A DNA stretch of 64,000 bases from Aigarchaeota archaeon (GTDB lineage Archaea; Thermoproteota; Nitrososphaeria_A; Caldarchaeales; Calditenuaceae), in contig JANXDH010000004.1 in assembly GCA_025059745.1 (NCBI GenBank), positions 47,783 through 111,782 on the forward strand. Direction: 5' to 3'. A model generated the notes under the pieces. That model was not told the origin of the DNA. It made no database searches and saw only the letters and a list, made by a program, of their open reading frames with translations. Below are positions 53,517-62,510 of the stretch, in pieces. Numbering within the stretch: position 1 is the stretch's first letter; the number at the start of each line of letters is the position of its first letter. Made by a program: the position numbers and the translations under genes.

Positions 53517-54677
53517 TTGGTGATGAGTGAAAGAAGATCCAGTAATGCGATACTCGCGGGGTTGCTGATAGCAGGACTGCTGGTCGGATTGGTGGTGGGA
53601 GCAGTTATATCGCCGGCTGTAGTTGGTACGGGAGAGACGAAGACCGTGACAACGACTGTGGTAGGTGCAGGAGGACAACAGATGACCGTTACGAGGACCG
53701 TTACAGAGAGGGTGGGAGGCGGTGCCACTGTGACCGTGACTGTTACAGGAACAGGAACCCCAACCAGACCGCTCTCAGGCGAGATAACTATAGACGGGTC
53801 GAGCACGGTCTACCCGATAACAGAGGCGGTAGCAGAGGCGTTCATGAAGGAGCACCCTGGAGTTAAGATAACTGTCGGAATCTCCGGGACCGGTGGAGGG
53901 TTCAGGAGGTTCGTGATCGGAGAGACGGACATCAACGACGCATCGAGGCCGATAACTAGGTCTGAGGCCGATACTGCGGCGACGAACAATGTAAGATGGA
54001 TAGAGATACCGGTAGCCATAGACGGTCTCGTAGTGGTGGTGAACAGGGCGAATACGTGGGTCGATTGTCTGACGATATCTGAGCTAAGAGAGCTCTGGAA
54101 GCCCGATAGCAGGGTCCGGACCTGGCGTGATCTCAGGGCAGAGTGGCCTAACGAGCGTATAGTGCTGTATGGACCTGGACCGGACTCGGGTACCTTCGAC
54201 TACTTCACCGAGAGGGTCAATGGAAGGGCGAAGGCAAGTAGGACCGATTACATCGCTTCTGAGGACGATAATGTCCTGGTCGCTGGCGTTGAGGGCGAGA
54301 GGTTAGCGCTCGGTTACTTCGGATACGCGTACTACGAGGAGGCCAAGGGACGCATAAAGGTAATCCCTGTGAGGGATGATGCTATCGCTGGCTCAAGCTG
54401 CGTAACTCCTGTGGATGAGACAATATCGTCGTTCACCTACCCGCTGTCACGACCGCTCTTCATCTACGTCAACAAGAAGTACTGGGACGAGAAACCGCAC
54501 CTGAGGGCTTTTGTCCTCTACTACGTTGAGAAGGGTGAGCAGTTCGTCAAGAAAGTGAAGTACACACCGTTCCCAACCAAGTACTACAGTGTAGCACATA
54601 GATTGCTCGCAGCCGGTGAGACTAGTGGATTATTCTCATTGACCAACTTACCGTGGAGAGAGGCTGGACCTCGTTGA
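53517..54677 (+). CDS. pstS: phosphate ABC transporter substrate-binding protein PstS with N-terminal anchor and Thr/Val/Gly-rich linker
   Basis: It has ITIDGSSTVYPITEAVAEAF, GISGTGGGF and YPLSRPLFIYV. The start is TTG 53517 or, more likely, ATG 53523. Confidence 0.9.
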   Translation: MVMSERRSSNAILAGLLIAGLLVGLVVGAVISPAVVGTGETKTVTTTVVGAGGQQMTVTRTVTERVGGGATVTVTVTGTGTPTRPLSGEITIDGSSTVYPITEAVAEAFMKEHPGVKITVGISGTGGGFRRFVIGETDINDASRPITRSEADTAATNNVRWIEIPVAIDGLVVVVNRANTWVDCLTISELRELWKPDSRVRTWRDLRAEWPNERIVLYGPGPDSGTFDYFTERVNGRAKASRTDYIASEDDNVLVAGVEGERLALGYFGYAYYEEAKGRIKVIPVRDDAIAGSSCVTPVDETISSFTYPLSRPLFIYVNKKYWDEKPHLRAFVLYYVEKGEQFVKKVKYTPFPTKYYSVAHRLLAAGETSGLFSLTNLPWREAGPR

Positions 54678-55591
54678 GAAATCAACAGGCCGATTTACTA
54701 AGAAGTTTAATAGGCAGAAGACGTTTAGATAAATTATTTTCCATAATTTTTTTTGGTGCGACCTTAGTATCAACAATCACTCTAATAGTCATCTTCGTCA
54801 CTCTAAGTTACGAGTCTGCGCTCTTCTTTACTCACGTAAGCATAGTTGAGTTCCTGACAGGTACTCAGTGGACGGTCCTCTTCGCGGATAAACACTTCGG
54901 TATATTACCATTGCTCAACGCCACCATACTGACATCAGTTATAGCTATACTCATAGCTGCTCCGGTGGGCATAGCAATCGCCGTATACCTAAGCGAGTAC
55001 GCTAAAGAGGGAGTGCGCGCGGTTGCCAAACCAGTAGTCGAGACGCTCGCGGGTATACCTACGGTCATATACGGATACTTCGCCTTATACTTCGTGACCC
55101 CTACCGTGTTGAAGGCATTCTGGCAGGATCTACAGGTACACAACGCACTAGCGGTCGGTATAATGATCGGTGTCTTGATAATTCCGATAGTGACCTCGAT
55201 AAGCGATGACGCCATGAAGGCCGTGCCTTATGATCTCAAACTTGCGGCCTACTCACTGGGTAGTAGAAAGATCGACGTCACCTTTAGGGTCATAGTCCCG
55301 GCGGCTCTCTCGGGGATCATCGCAGCAATTTTATTGGCGTTCGCGAGGGCGATGGGTGAGACGATGATAGCCGCTATTGCAGGTGGTTTTAGGCCGATCC
55401 TATCGTTTGATTTAGGAGAGTCGATGCAGACAATGACGTCCTTCATAGCGCAGGTGGCTACGGGGGATGCACCCCACGGCACGATAGAGTATGAGTCTCT
55501 ATTCGCAGTCGGACTATTCTTGTTATTAATAACCGCGGTATTCAACTTTATAGGGATAAGGGTGGTGAGGAGGTGGGCGATACGTTACTGA
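54653..55591 (+). CDS. pstC: phosphate ABC transporter permease PstC
   Basis: 312 aa with six TM helices and the EAA-like loop ARAMGETM. An alternative TTG start at 54674 overlaps the pstS stop. Confidence 0.85.
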   Translation: MERGWTSLRNQQADLLRSLIGRRRLDKLFSIIFFGATLVSTITLIVIFVTLSYESALFFTHVSIVEFLTGTQWTVLFADKHFGILPLLNATILTSVIAILIAAPVGIAIAVYLSEYAKEGVRAVAKPVVETLAGIPTVIYGYFALYFVTPTVLKAFWQDLQVHNALAVGIMIGVLIIPIVTSISDDAMKAVPYDLKLAAYSLGSRKIDVTFRVIVPAALSGIIAAILLAFARAMGETMIAAIAGGFRPILSFDLGESMQTMTSFIAQVATGDAPHGTIEYESLFAVGLFLLLITAVFNFIGIRVVRRWAIRY

Positions 55592-56457
55592 GGGCTCCTA
55601 CGGATCGTAGGTACAGGTTAAAGAAAATATGGGACAGATGGGTACCGTTCATACTGTCACTCGGTCTATTCTTCGCCATACTAACGGTCGTGGCGTTGCT
55701 GTTCACGGTCGTCACGACGGGTTTCCACAGGATCTCGTGGAATTTGATCCTTAACTACCCGTCAGCTAATCCATACGAGGCCGGTATGAGGTCGGCGATC
55801 TTGGGGAGCATCTTCACGGTCGGACTCTCCGCACTCATCTGCATCCCGCTCAGCATAGCAACAGCTATCTATCTGATCGAGTACGCAAAAGGGAGGCGGT
55901 TCTCAGAGGTTCTGAGTTACAACATAGCTAACTTAGCGGGTGTACCCTCGATAGTCTTCGGGGTCGTAGGGCTGGGTTTCTTGGTATATGGATTGGGGTT
56001 GGGGAGGTCGGTCATCAGTGGCGCGTTCACTCTATCAGTACTCATCTTGCCCCTAGTAACGATCACCTGTGTGGAGGCTCTGAGGACCGTTCCGGACGAT
56101 TTGAGGTTCGGCGCATATGCCCTAGGCGCGACCACATTACAGGTGGTCAGTAAAATAGTCCTACCGAGGTCGTTGCCCATGATGCTGACGGGGGGCATAT
56201 TGGGAATAAGTCGTGCGCTTGGTGAGGCGGCGCCCATACTAGTGATAAGCGGGTTGATCTTCATTCGGGAAGATCCGGTCTCGCTCTTCAGTAAATTCAC
56301 GGTCATGCCTTTACAGCTGTATAACTGGATAAGCAGACCTCAAGCCGCGTTCATTGAGCTCTCCTCTGCTGGGATCATAGTCCTGTTGTTAATACTCCTA
56401 GCGCTAAACTCGGCCGCTATCGCGTCCAGGCAATGGTTAATGAAGAGGGTGATTTAA
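55573..56457 (+). CDS. pstA: phosphate ABC transporter permease PstA
   Basis: 294 aa with a polytopic topology and the loop SRALGEAAP. It overlaps the pstC end. Confidence 0.85.
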   Translation: MGDTLLRAPTDRRYRLKKIWDRWVPFILSLGLFFAILTVVALLFTVVTTGFHRISWNLILNYPSANPYEAGMRSAILGSIFTVGLSALICIPLSIATAIYLIEYAKGRRFSEVLSYNIANLAGVPSIVFGVVGLGFLVYGLGLGRSVISGAFTLSVLILPLVTITCVEALRTVPDDLRFGAYALGATTLQVVSKIVLPRSLPMMLTGGILGISRALGEAAPILVISGLIFIREDPVSLFSKFTVMPLQLYNWISRPQAAFIELSSAGIIVLLLILLALNSAAIASRQWLMKRVI

Positions 56458-56460
56458 GGA

Positions 56461-57303
56461 GTGAATGTGGAGATTGATTATAAGAAGGTGGTTAGCAAAG
56501 ATGTAACCGATCTAGGTTTATTCAAGGACTCTGACGTCGTGATAAAGACCGAGGACCTATACGTGAGTTACAGGGATAAATTAGCGATAGATAGAATAAA
56601 CCTTGAGTTTTACAAGGGATACATAACTGCAATCATCGGCCCATCCGGGTGCGGGAAGTCAACATTGCTCAGATCACTAAACCGGATGAACGATCTCATT
56701 CAGGGCGCTAAGGTAGGTGGCAAGGTCTACTTCAACGGCGTCGACATCTACTCCAAGGAGATCGACCCGGTCTTCATAAGATCTCGGATAGGCATGGTAT
56801 TCCAGAGGCCTAATCCATTCCCCTTCAGCGTCTTCGAGAACGTCGCCTTTGGACTGAGGGTGAACGGTTTCAAACTCACTAAGGAGGAGTTGAGGGCCCG
56901 CGTCAAGGACTCATTAGAAAAGGCTGCGCTATGGGATGAGGTGAAGGACAGACTCGATGCGCACGCGTACTCTCTCTCGGGAGGTCAGCAACAGAGGCTC
57001 TGCATAGCACGCGCGATAGCTATTGAGCCTGAGGTAATATTGTTGGACGAGCCGACGGTCTCGTTGGATCCGCTCTCCACTGCGAAGATAGAGGAGTTAT
57101 TGCGATCGATAAAGAACGATTATACGATAATACTGGTAACGCACAACATGCTGCAGGCCGCAAGAGTATCAGACATCACGGCAGTCATGATGCCCGACGA
57201 GAATATGGTAGGCCGTATAATCGAGTACGGAGCCACGAGTGAGATATTCACCAAACCGAAGGATAAAAGGACTGAAGATTACATATCTGGAAGGATAGGG
57301 TAG
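56461..57303 (+). CDS. pstB: phosphate ABC transporter ATP-binding protein PstB
   Basis: 280 aa. It has Walker A GPSGCGKST, the signature LSGGQQQRL and Walker B ILLDEP. Confidence 0.95.
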   Translation: MNVEIDYKKVVSKDVTDLGLFKDSDVVIKTEDLYVSYRDKLAIDRINLEFYKGYITAIIGPSGCGKSTLLRSLNRMNDLIQGAKVGGKVYFNGVDIYSKEIDPVFIRSRIGMVFQRPNPFPFSVFENVAFGLRVNGFKLTKEELRARVKDSLEKAALWDEVKDRLDAHAYSLSGGQQQRLCIARAIAIEPEVILLDEPTVSLDPLSTAKIEELLRSIKNDYTIILVTHNMLQAARVSDITAVMMPDENMVGRIIEYGATSEIFTKPKDKRTEDYISGRIG

Positions 57304-57305
57304 AG

Positions 57306-57920
57306 ATGAGACTCATAGACATCGCCATATCCTCTCTGACAGACAAGCTGAAGGAGATGTATCCGTTGAGTGAGAAGGCCGTCTCATTGGCGATAGAGGC
57401 CTTTAGGAACAGCGTCGACTTGAACGCGGAGGTCTATCACCTAGCCGAGCAATTAAGGGGGATCCATCACGAGGTGTCCAGGTTAATGACGGAGATCATA
57501 GCGAGGTTTCAGCCTGTAGCGTCAGACCTCAGGTACATCAGAGCTTGTGGTGAGATCTCTTACGGGTTCTACAGGTACGGGAGGTACGCCTATGATATAA
57601 CGACGGCCATATCGCTATTCGGTGACGTGAAGAGTTGTGACTGGGAGAAGATAGATAAGGCAAGCGAGCAAGTCAGGACAATGATGAAGATGAGTATGGA
57701 GGCTTTCGAGAAGAGGGACATATCGCTGGCCAGAGAGGTCATAAAGATGGACGACGGTATAGACAGATTATACAGGGAGTACCTGAGGGAGATAATCACG
57801 GGTAACGGCGACAAGAGGTGCGATTTAGCGAGGCTGCTCGTCATGAGGTATCTCGAGAGGATCGGTGATCACGCCACGGCCATCGCCGAATCGGTCCTAT
57901 TCATAGTGACAGGCCCTTAG
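57306..57920 (+). CDS. phoU: phosphate transport system regulator PhoU
   Basis: 204 aa with two PhoU repeats (DDGIDRLY, ERIGDHATAIAE). Confidence 0.85.
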   Translation: MRLIDIAISSLTDKLKEMYPLSEKAVSLAIEAFRNSVDLNAEVYHLAEQLRGIHHEVSRLMTEIIARFQPVASDLRYIRACGEISYGFYRYGRYAYDITTAISLFGDVKSCDWEKIDKASEQVRTMMKMSMEAFEKRDISLAREVIKMDDGIDRLYREYLREIITGNGDKRCDLARLLVMRYLERIGDHATAIAESVLFIVTGP

Positions 57921-57965
57921 GGGCTCTAATATCGACATTTAAATTAAAGTCCTTAAACAGTTAGA

Positions 57966-58154
57966 GTGAGATCCGTGGTCAGCAAGGTAGTGAAGTATGT
58001 GCTCAAAGCCGTCGGCCTCGTGGGGGTAGCGTTCTCTGCGTTGCTGCTGTCTTCGATCAGTGCGGTTCAGCCCGATTCCACTGTCATACAGTCCCTACTG
58101 TACCTCATGGTGGGAATGATGTTGGTAGGAAGCATCTTGGTGCTCCTGAGTTAG
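57966..58154 (+). CDS. small hydrophobic (two-TM) hypothetical protein
   Basis: 62-aa ORF with a GTG start and two hydrophobic segments. It lies between phoU and thrC. No homology was recognised. Confidence 0.3.
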   Translation: MRSVVSKVVKYVLKAVGLVGVAFSALLLSSISAVQPDSTVIQSLLYLMVGMMLVGSILVLLS

Positions 58155-58171
58155 GAGGGGACGTAACCTAA

Positions 58172-59389
58172 ATGAGTGAGCGCGTGTATTTGATGTGTAT
58201 CTCGTGCGGCCGAGAATTTGAGAGGGACACGCTGATATATACGTGTAGCTCGTGTGGGGATCTACTCGACGTGGTTGTCGAGCCGAAGAGCCTCTTCAGG
58301 AGGGATACGCTACAGGGTAGAGTCGATAGCATGTGGAGGTACAAGGAGCTCCTCCCCTCATTCGATAAGGGACTGGTCACGCTCGGCGAAGGTTACACTA
58401 GGCTGGTTGAGTGCAAGAAACTGGCCAAGTGGATTGGCGTGAGGTCTCTATACCTGAAGCTCGACGGGCTCAACCCAACCGGCAGTTTTAAGGACAGGGG
58501 GATGAGCGTGGGGACGTCCACCGCATTGAGGCTTCGAATGAAGAGGGTGATATGTGCCTCAACAGGGAACACCTCGGCCTCGCTCAGTGCTTACTCCGCG
58601 CGTGCGGGGCTCGAGTGCATCGTTATAATACCGCGGGAGAAGGTGGCCGTCGGTAAGTTATTCCAGGCGAGGTTGTTCAACTCCAAGGTCTTTCAGATGG
58701 TCGGCGGGTTCGATGACGCCATGACGGTCGTCTTGAAGTGTGCACAAGCGTTGGATGCCTACATACTCAACTCGATAAACCCTTGGAGACTTGAGGGACA
58801 GAAGACCACTGCATACGAGATATGGGAGCAGCTGGGAAGGACTGATATCGCGGTCGCGGTACCAGTGGGCAACTGTGGGAACATCTCCGCGATATGGAAG
58901 GGGTTCAAGGAGCTAGGGATTCACGGCGTCATAAAGGACCTTCCGATTATGATCGGTGCTCAGGCTGAGGGTGCCGCGCCTCTGGTGGAATACTGGGAGA
59001 AGGGGCTGGAGACTATAAGACCTTGGAAGAACCCGGAGACCATAGCGACCGCCATAAGGATAGGTAACCCGGTCAATTGGAAAAAGGCCGTGAGGGCGCT
59101 GAGGGAGAGCAAGGGTCTCATTACGGCGGTCAGCGATGACGACGTTGTAAAGGCGTTGAGGGCTATGTCATCGCTTGAGGGTCTCGCGGGTGAACCGTCC
59201 AGCGCTGTAGCGATAGCGGCCAGCAAGAAGCTGGTCGACGAGGGTAGGATAGACCCTGATACGACTCTAGTGAGCGTAGTTACCGGTAATCCGTTGAAGG
59301 ACACATCTGATTACCTCATCAGCTGGAACGAACCGGTGAAGATAACTGACGCTAACGAGATAATAGGTTACTTCTCGAGGCAAAAATGA
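58172..59389 (+). CDS. thrC: threonine synthase
   Basis: 405 aa. It has an N-terminal Zn ribbon (CISCG...CSSCG), the PLP lysine motif NPTGSFKDRG, and ASTGNTSAS. Confidence 0.9.
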   Translation: MSERVYLMCISCGREFERDTLIYTCSSCGDLLDVVVEPKSLFRRDTLQGRVDSMWRYKELLPSFDKGLVTLGEGYTRLVECKKLAKWIGVRSLYLKLDGLNPTGSFKDRGMSVGTSTALRLRMKRVICASTGNTSASLSAYSARAGLECIVIIPREKVAVGKLFQARLFNSKVFQMVGGFDDAMTVVLKCAQALDAYILNSINPWRLEGQKTTAYEIWEQLGRTDIAVAVPVGNCGNISAIWKGFKELGIHGVIKDLPIMIGAQAEGAAPLVEYWEKGLETIRPWKNPETIATAIRIGNPVNWKKAVRALRESKGLITAVSDDDVVKALRAMSSLEGLAGEPSSAVAIAASKKLVDEGRIDPDTTLVSVVTGNPLKDTSDYLISWNEPVKITDANEIIGYFSRQK

Positions 59390-59399
59390 TTTTTGAGGT

Positions 59400-59471
59400 T
59401 GGACCGGCGGGGATTCGAACCCCGGACCTCCCGCGTGCAAGGCGGGCGATCTTCCGCTGATCTACCGGCCC
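59400..59471 (-). tRNA. tRNA-Ala (anticodon TGC)
   Basis: The reverse complement folds as GGGCCGG-TA-GATC-AGCGGAA-GATC-G-CCCGC-CUUGCAC-GCGGG-AGGTC-CGGGG-TTCGAAT-CCCCG-CCGGTCC-A. It has the G3:U70 alanine identity pair. Confidence 0.9.
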
Positions 59472-59497
59472 CGATCACAATTTGTGACGTTCGAGAT

Positions 59498-60013
59498 TTA
59501 AGTTTGCAACCGCTCTCCTCCTCGACCTCCGTATTTGCTCGTGATAGATAGCAGACCGTTGAGCGTCACGCTGTAATCGCCTTTCTCGTGTCTCCTCACG
59601 AGGCCCTTCCTGAGGAGGTCGTTGAGGGCCGATGAAGCGGTCCCCTTCTTCAAACTGAGGGAGCTCACTACCTCCTTGAAGCTCGAGGTGTTGGAAGGTG
59701 CCCTACCGAGGTAGTGCTCGAGGTACCTCTTGGCGAAGAAGATGGAGATCTGCTCGTTCACTGGGAGCGAGTAGAACTTCTGCTTGAAGAAGAAGCCCTC
59801 GTTGTTGTTGAAACCGATGAATTCGCTGAGGGAGGAGGTCAGTTCCTGGAGGTCAACGTTCGCTACTAGTCTCTTTGCGATCGAGAAGGCGGTGACGTTC
59901 TTCTCCATGAAGGAAATTACCGATCTCAGTACCTCCTCCGGTGTTCCCTCGAAAGTTGTAGTCATACCCTCGTAACTGAGGGACAACCTGAGGGTGCCCT
60001 TTCCAGACTCCAT
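59498..60013 (-). CDS. hypothetical protein with C-terminal winged-helix DNA-binding domain
   Basis: 171 aa. The C-terminus ...FKEVVSSLSLKKGTASSALNDLLRKGLVRRHEKGDYSVT looks like a MarR/ArsR-type wHTH. Confidence 0.4.
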   Translation of the reverse strand: MESGKGTLRLSLSYEGMTTTFEGTPEEVLRSVISFMEKNVTAFSIAKRLVANVDLQELTSSLSEFIGFNNNEGFFFKQKFYSLPVNEQISIFFAKRYLEHYLGRAPSNTSSFKEVVSSLSLKKGTASSALNDLLRKGLVRRHEKGDYSVTLNGLLSITSKYGGRGGERLQT

Positions 60014-60057
60014 GCTACTGTTTATTTAGAGTTTCATTATTTAAATCGTAATTTCCA

Positions 60058-61128
60058 TCAATACTCCCTAAGCACTAAGAACCGGGATAGCTCTATAAGC
60101 GATTCCCTGGCCTCACTTGGTCTCAGGACGGACTCCAACACACTTATTGCCTCATCGAGGAGGTTTAGGGAGAACTTAGTTCCGTACTCGATCGCCCCTG
60201 ATTTCTTAATCAACTCTATCGCCTCGTCCAAGAGCGATTGATCGGTAGTGTGTTTAGAGAGTATTTCTGATAATCGATCGGCGTCCTCTCTCTTTAGATT
60301 GCGTAACGCGTGTATGACCAGTAGCGTTATCTTCCCCTCCTTTATGTCACCTCCCCTCTCCTTTCCGTACTTCTTCGGGTCTCCTATCAGATTGAGGACG
60401 TCGTCCTGTATCTGGAACGCGGTAGAGATTGCGTCCGAGTACCTTATGATCTCGTCCTCGATGTCGTCGGCACCGGCAAGTATACATGCATAACGTGTCG
60501 CTAATCTAACCAGTGATCCAGTCTTCATCTTGACCATTGTGATGTAATGCTCCTCCGTCAGATCGCGGTGCTGATGACGGTGCCAGCCGATGTCGGTCGA
60601 CTGGCCTATGCTTAGCCTCAACATCTCCTCGATGTAGGTCCTGTGTAACTTCAATTCCTTAAGATGTGGTAGTTCGTGTCTCCTCAGGACCGTTAACAAA
60701 GGATAATAGTACAGCGTGTTCCCCATGTTTATCGCCACGTCCTCACCATAGATCCGGTGGATGCACGGCTTTCCCCTCCTGTACTCTCCTCTGTCCTCCA
60801 CGTCATCGACGGCTAGGGTGCCGTTGTGTATCAGCTCAGGGATCACCGAGAAGTCGATGACGTCACGGTAATCACCGCCTAACGCCTCGTAAGCGAGGAT
60901 CATCATTATCGCCCTCCACCTCTTACCTCCCCTCTCTATCAGGTCCCACGCAGGACCCGTGAAACTCTTTTGGATCGCTTCTCTATCGAGCGCGCCGTCC
61001 TTAAATCCCAAGATTTCCCTCATACCGATCTCGTCAGTTTCCGTGGGAAGGATACGTCTTATAGCCTCATCGACGAGTGACCCGTATCTCCTCAGTAGAT
61101 CGTCCAACTGCACGCTTAAGATACTCAC
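60058..61128 (-). CDS. polyprenyl (geranylgeranyl) diphosphate synthase
   Basis: 356 aa. The first Asp-rich motif is LAVDDVEDRGEYRRGKP and the second is FQIQDDVLN. Confidence 0.85.
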   Translation of the reverse strand: MSILSVQLDDLLRRYGSLVDEAIRRILPTETDEIGMREILGFKDGALDREAIQKSFTGPAWDLIERGGKRWRAIMMILAYEALGGDYRDVIDFSVIPELIHNGTLAVDDVEDRGEYRRGKPCIHRIYGEDVAINMGNTLYYYPLLTVLRRHELPHLKELKLHRTYIEEMLRLSIGQSTDIGWHRHQHRDLTEEHYITMVKMKTGSLVRLATRYACILAGADDIEDEIIRYSDAISTAFQIQDDVLNLIGDPKKYGKERGGDIKEGKITLLVIHALRNLKREDADRLSEILSKHTTDQSLLDEAIELIKKSGAIEYGTKFSLNLLDEAISVLESVLRPSEARESLIELSRFLVLREY

Positions 61129-61154
61129 CTACACCGTCTTATACCTTGCTAGCC

Positions 61155-61970
61155 CTAGATCTTCAGGCCGTTCTCTTGAAGGAAGTGGGAGACGGAGTTG
61201 ATGTCCTTCATCGCGGCCTTATCGATTCTTATCTTATCCCTCAGGTATTCCATGTAGCTCACTCCCTTCAATCCCCCATACTTCTCGATATAGCCCTCTA
61301 GCCTCAGTTTCTCCGAGGCCTCCTTGAGGTGGTTGATTAAGTCTTCGTTCCTTACCTCCGCATAGCGGTCTTTCGAGTATATCAGACCGATAGGTAACCG
61401 CGGCCTCGGAGGGGGACGTTCGTTCGGTACCCCCACGCACAAGAAGACTACGGGGATCACACCCTTCGGCAACCCGAGAAGACTAGTGACCTCCCTACAC
61501 GTCCTTAACGGGTAGTCGAGAATGACCGAGCCGAGGCCCAGTATCTCAGCCGCAGTTATGGCGTTACTCAGGAACATTCCCAGCTCAATCAGTGATTCGA
61601 CAGTCTCGATGGGGTGATCTCTAGACGTCAGAACGTGATCGGGGGTGATCGCGCTGAACATCCTAGAGGTCCTCAATAAATCTATACACAGTAATAACAG
61701 GACGGGGGCCTCCTCTATCAGTTTATCATCGAAGATCCTCGTCAACTCGGACCTCAGCTTGGTGTCAGTGATCTGGATGACGGTATAGGACTGGTAGATG
61801 CAGGGAGCCCTCTGACCGGCCTCGAGTATCAGCCTCACTATCTCATCGCTTATCGGGGTCCTCTTGTACCTCCTTATCGACCTCCGGTTGAAGATGACGC
61901 TCAGCGCCCCACGCCTCCTACGACCTGTGTCCTCCTCGGCCATAACCTCCCACCACAATTCGACAACCAT
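61155..61970 (-). CDS. nitroreductase family protein with C-terminal extension
   Basis: 271 aa. The N-terminus has NRRSIRRYKRTPISDEIVRLILEAGQRAP. The last ~60 aa fall outside the usual nitroreductase fold. Confidence 0.7.
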   Translation of the reverse strand: MVVELWWEVMAEEDTGRRRRGALSVIFNRRSIRRYKRTPISDEIVRLILEAGQRAPCIYQSYTVIQITDTKLRSELTRIFDDKLIEEAPVLLLLCIDLLRTSRMFSAITPDHVLTSRDHPIETVESLIELGMFLSNAITAAEILGLGSVILDYPLRTCREVTSLLGLPKGVIPVVFLCVGVPNERPPPRPRLPIGLIYSKDRYAEVRNEDLINHLKEASEKLRLEGYIEKYGGLKGVSYMEYLRDKIRIDKAAMKDINSVSHFLQENGLKI

Positions 61971-62002
61971 CGTATTTTAGCTAATCTAGATTTATAGCTC
62001 CC

Positions 62003-62509
62003 TTGAGCGCACTGTCACGTATGAGCGTAAAGATAGAGGTGGTAGAGGTGACCAAGCCCGAGGGTTGCAACGTCATCTTTGGTGTCACGCACTTCATCAA
62101 GAGCGTCGAGGACATCCACGAGGCGGTAGTAAATAGCGTTCCCTCGGCCAAGTTCGGATTAGCGTTCGCCGAGGCGAGTGGCCACTGTTTGATAAGACAC
62201 GAGGGTACCGATGAGGAGTTGAGGCGAATAGCCGCTGAGAATCTACTCAGGATCGGGTGTGGACACACTTTCCTACTGGTAACGAGGAACTTCTTCCCCA
62301 TCAACGTGCTCTATAGGCTGAAACAGGTACCCGAGGTGTGCACTATCCTCGCGGCGACTGCGAACCCGCTCCAGATATTGGTCGCCGAGACGGAACAGGG
62401 CAGGGGTGTAGTGGCTGTCATAGACGGCCACAAACCGAAGGGGATAGAGGATGAGGCCCACATAAGGGAGAGGAGGGAGTTCTTGAGGAGGATAGGGTAC
62501 AAGTTCTGA
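62003..62509 (+). CDS. adenosine-specific kinase family protein (PF04008/COG1839)
   Basis: 168 aa. It contains VIFGVTHFIKSVEDIHEA...SAKFGLAFAEASG..LIR..G.D...A..N...IG.GH.F......FPINVL...K.VPEVC.I..ATANP. The start may instead be the internal ATG (MSVKIEVV). Confidence 0.65.
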   Translation: MSALSRMSVKIEVVEVTKPEGCNVIFGVTHFIKSVEDIHEAVVNSVPSAKFGLAFAEASGHCLIRHEGTDEELRRIAAENLLRIGCGHTFLLVTRNFFPINVLYRLKQVPEVCTILAATANPLQILVAETEQGRGVVAVIDGHKPKGIEDEAHIRERREFLRRIGYKF

Positions 62510-62510
62510 G

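Noticed and set aside
53417-53806. 129-aa minus-strand ORF with VTVTVTV repeats
   Set aside because: It is the antisense image of the Thr/Val/Gly-rich linker of pstS, so the repeat is explained by the pstS coding sequence.
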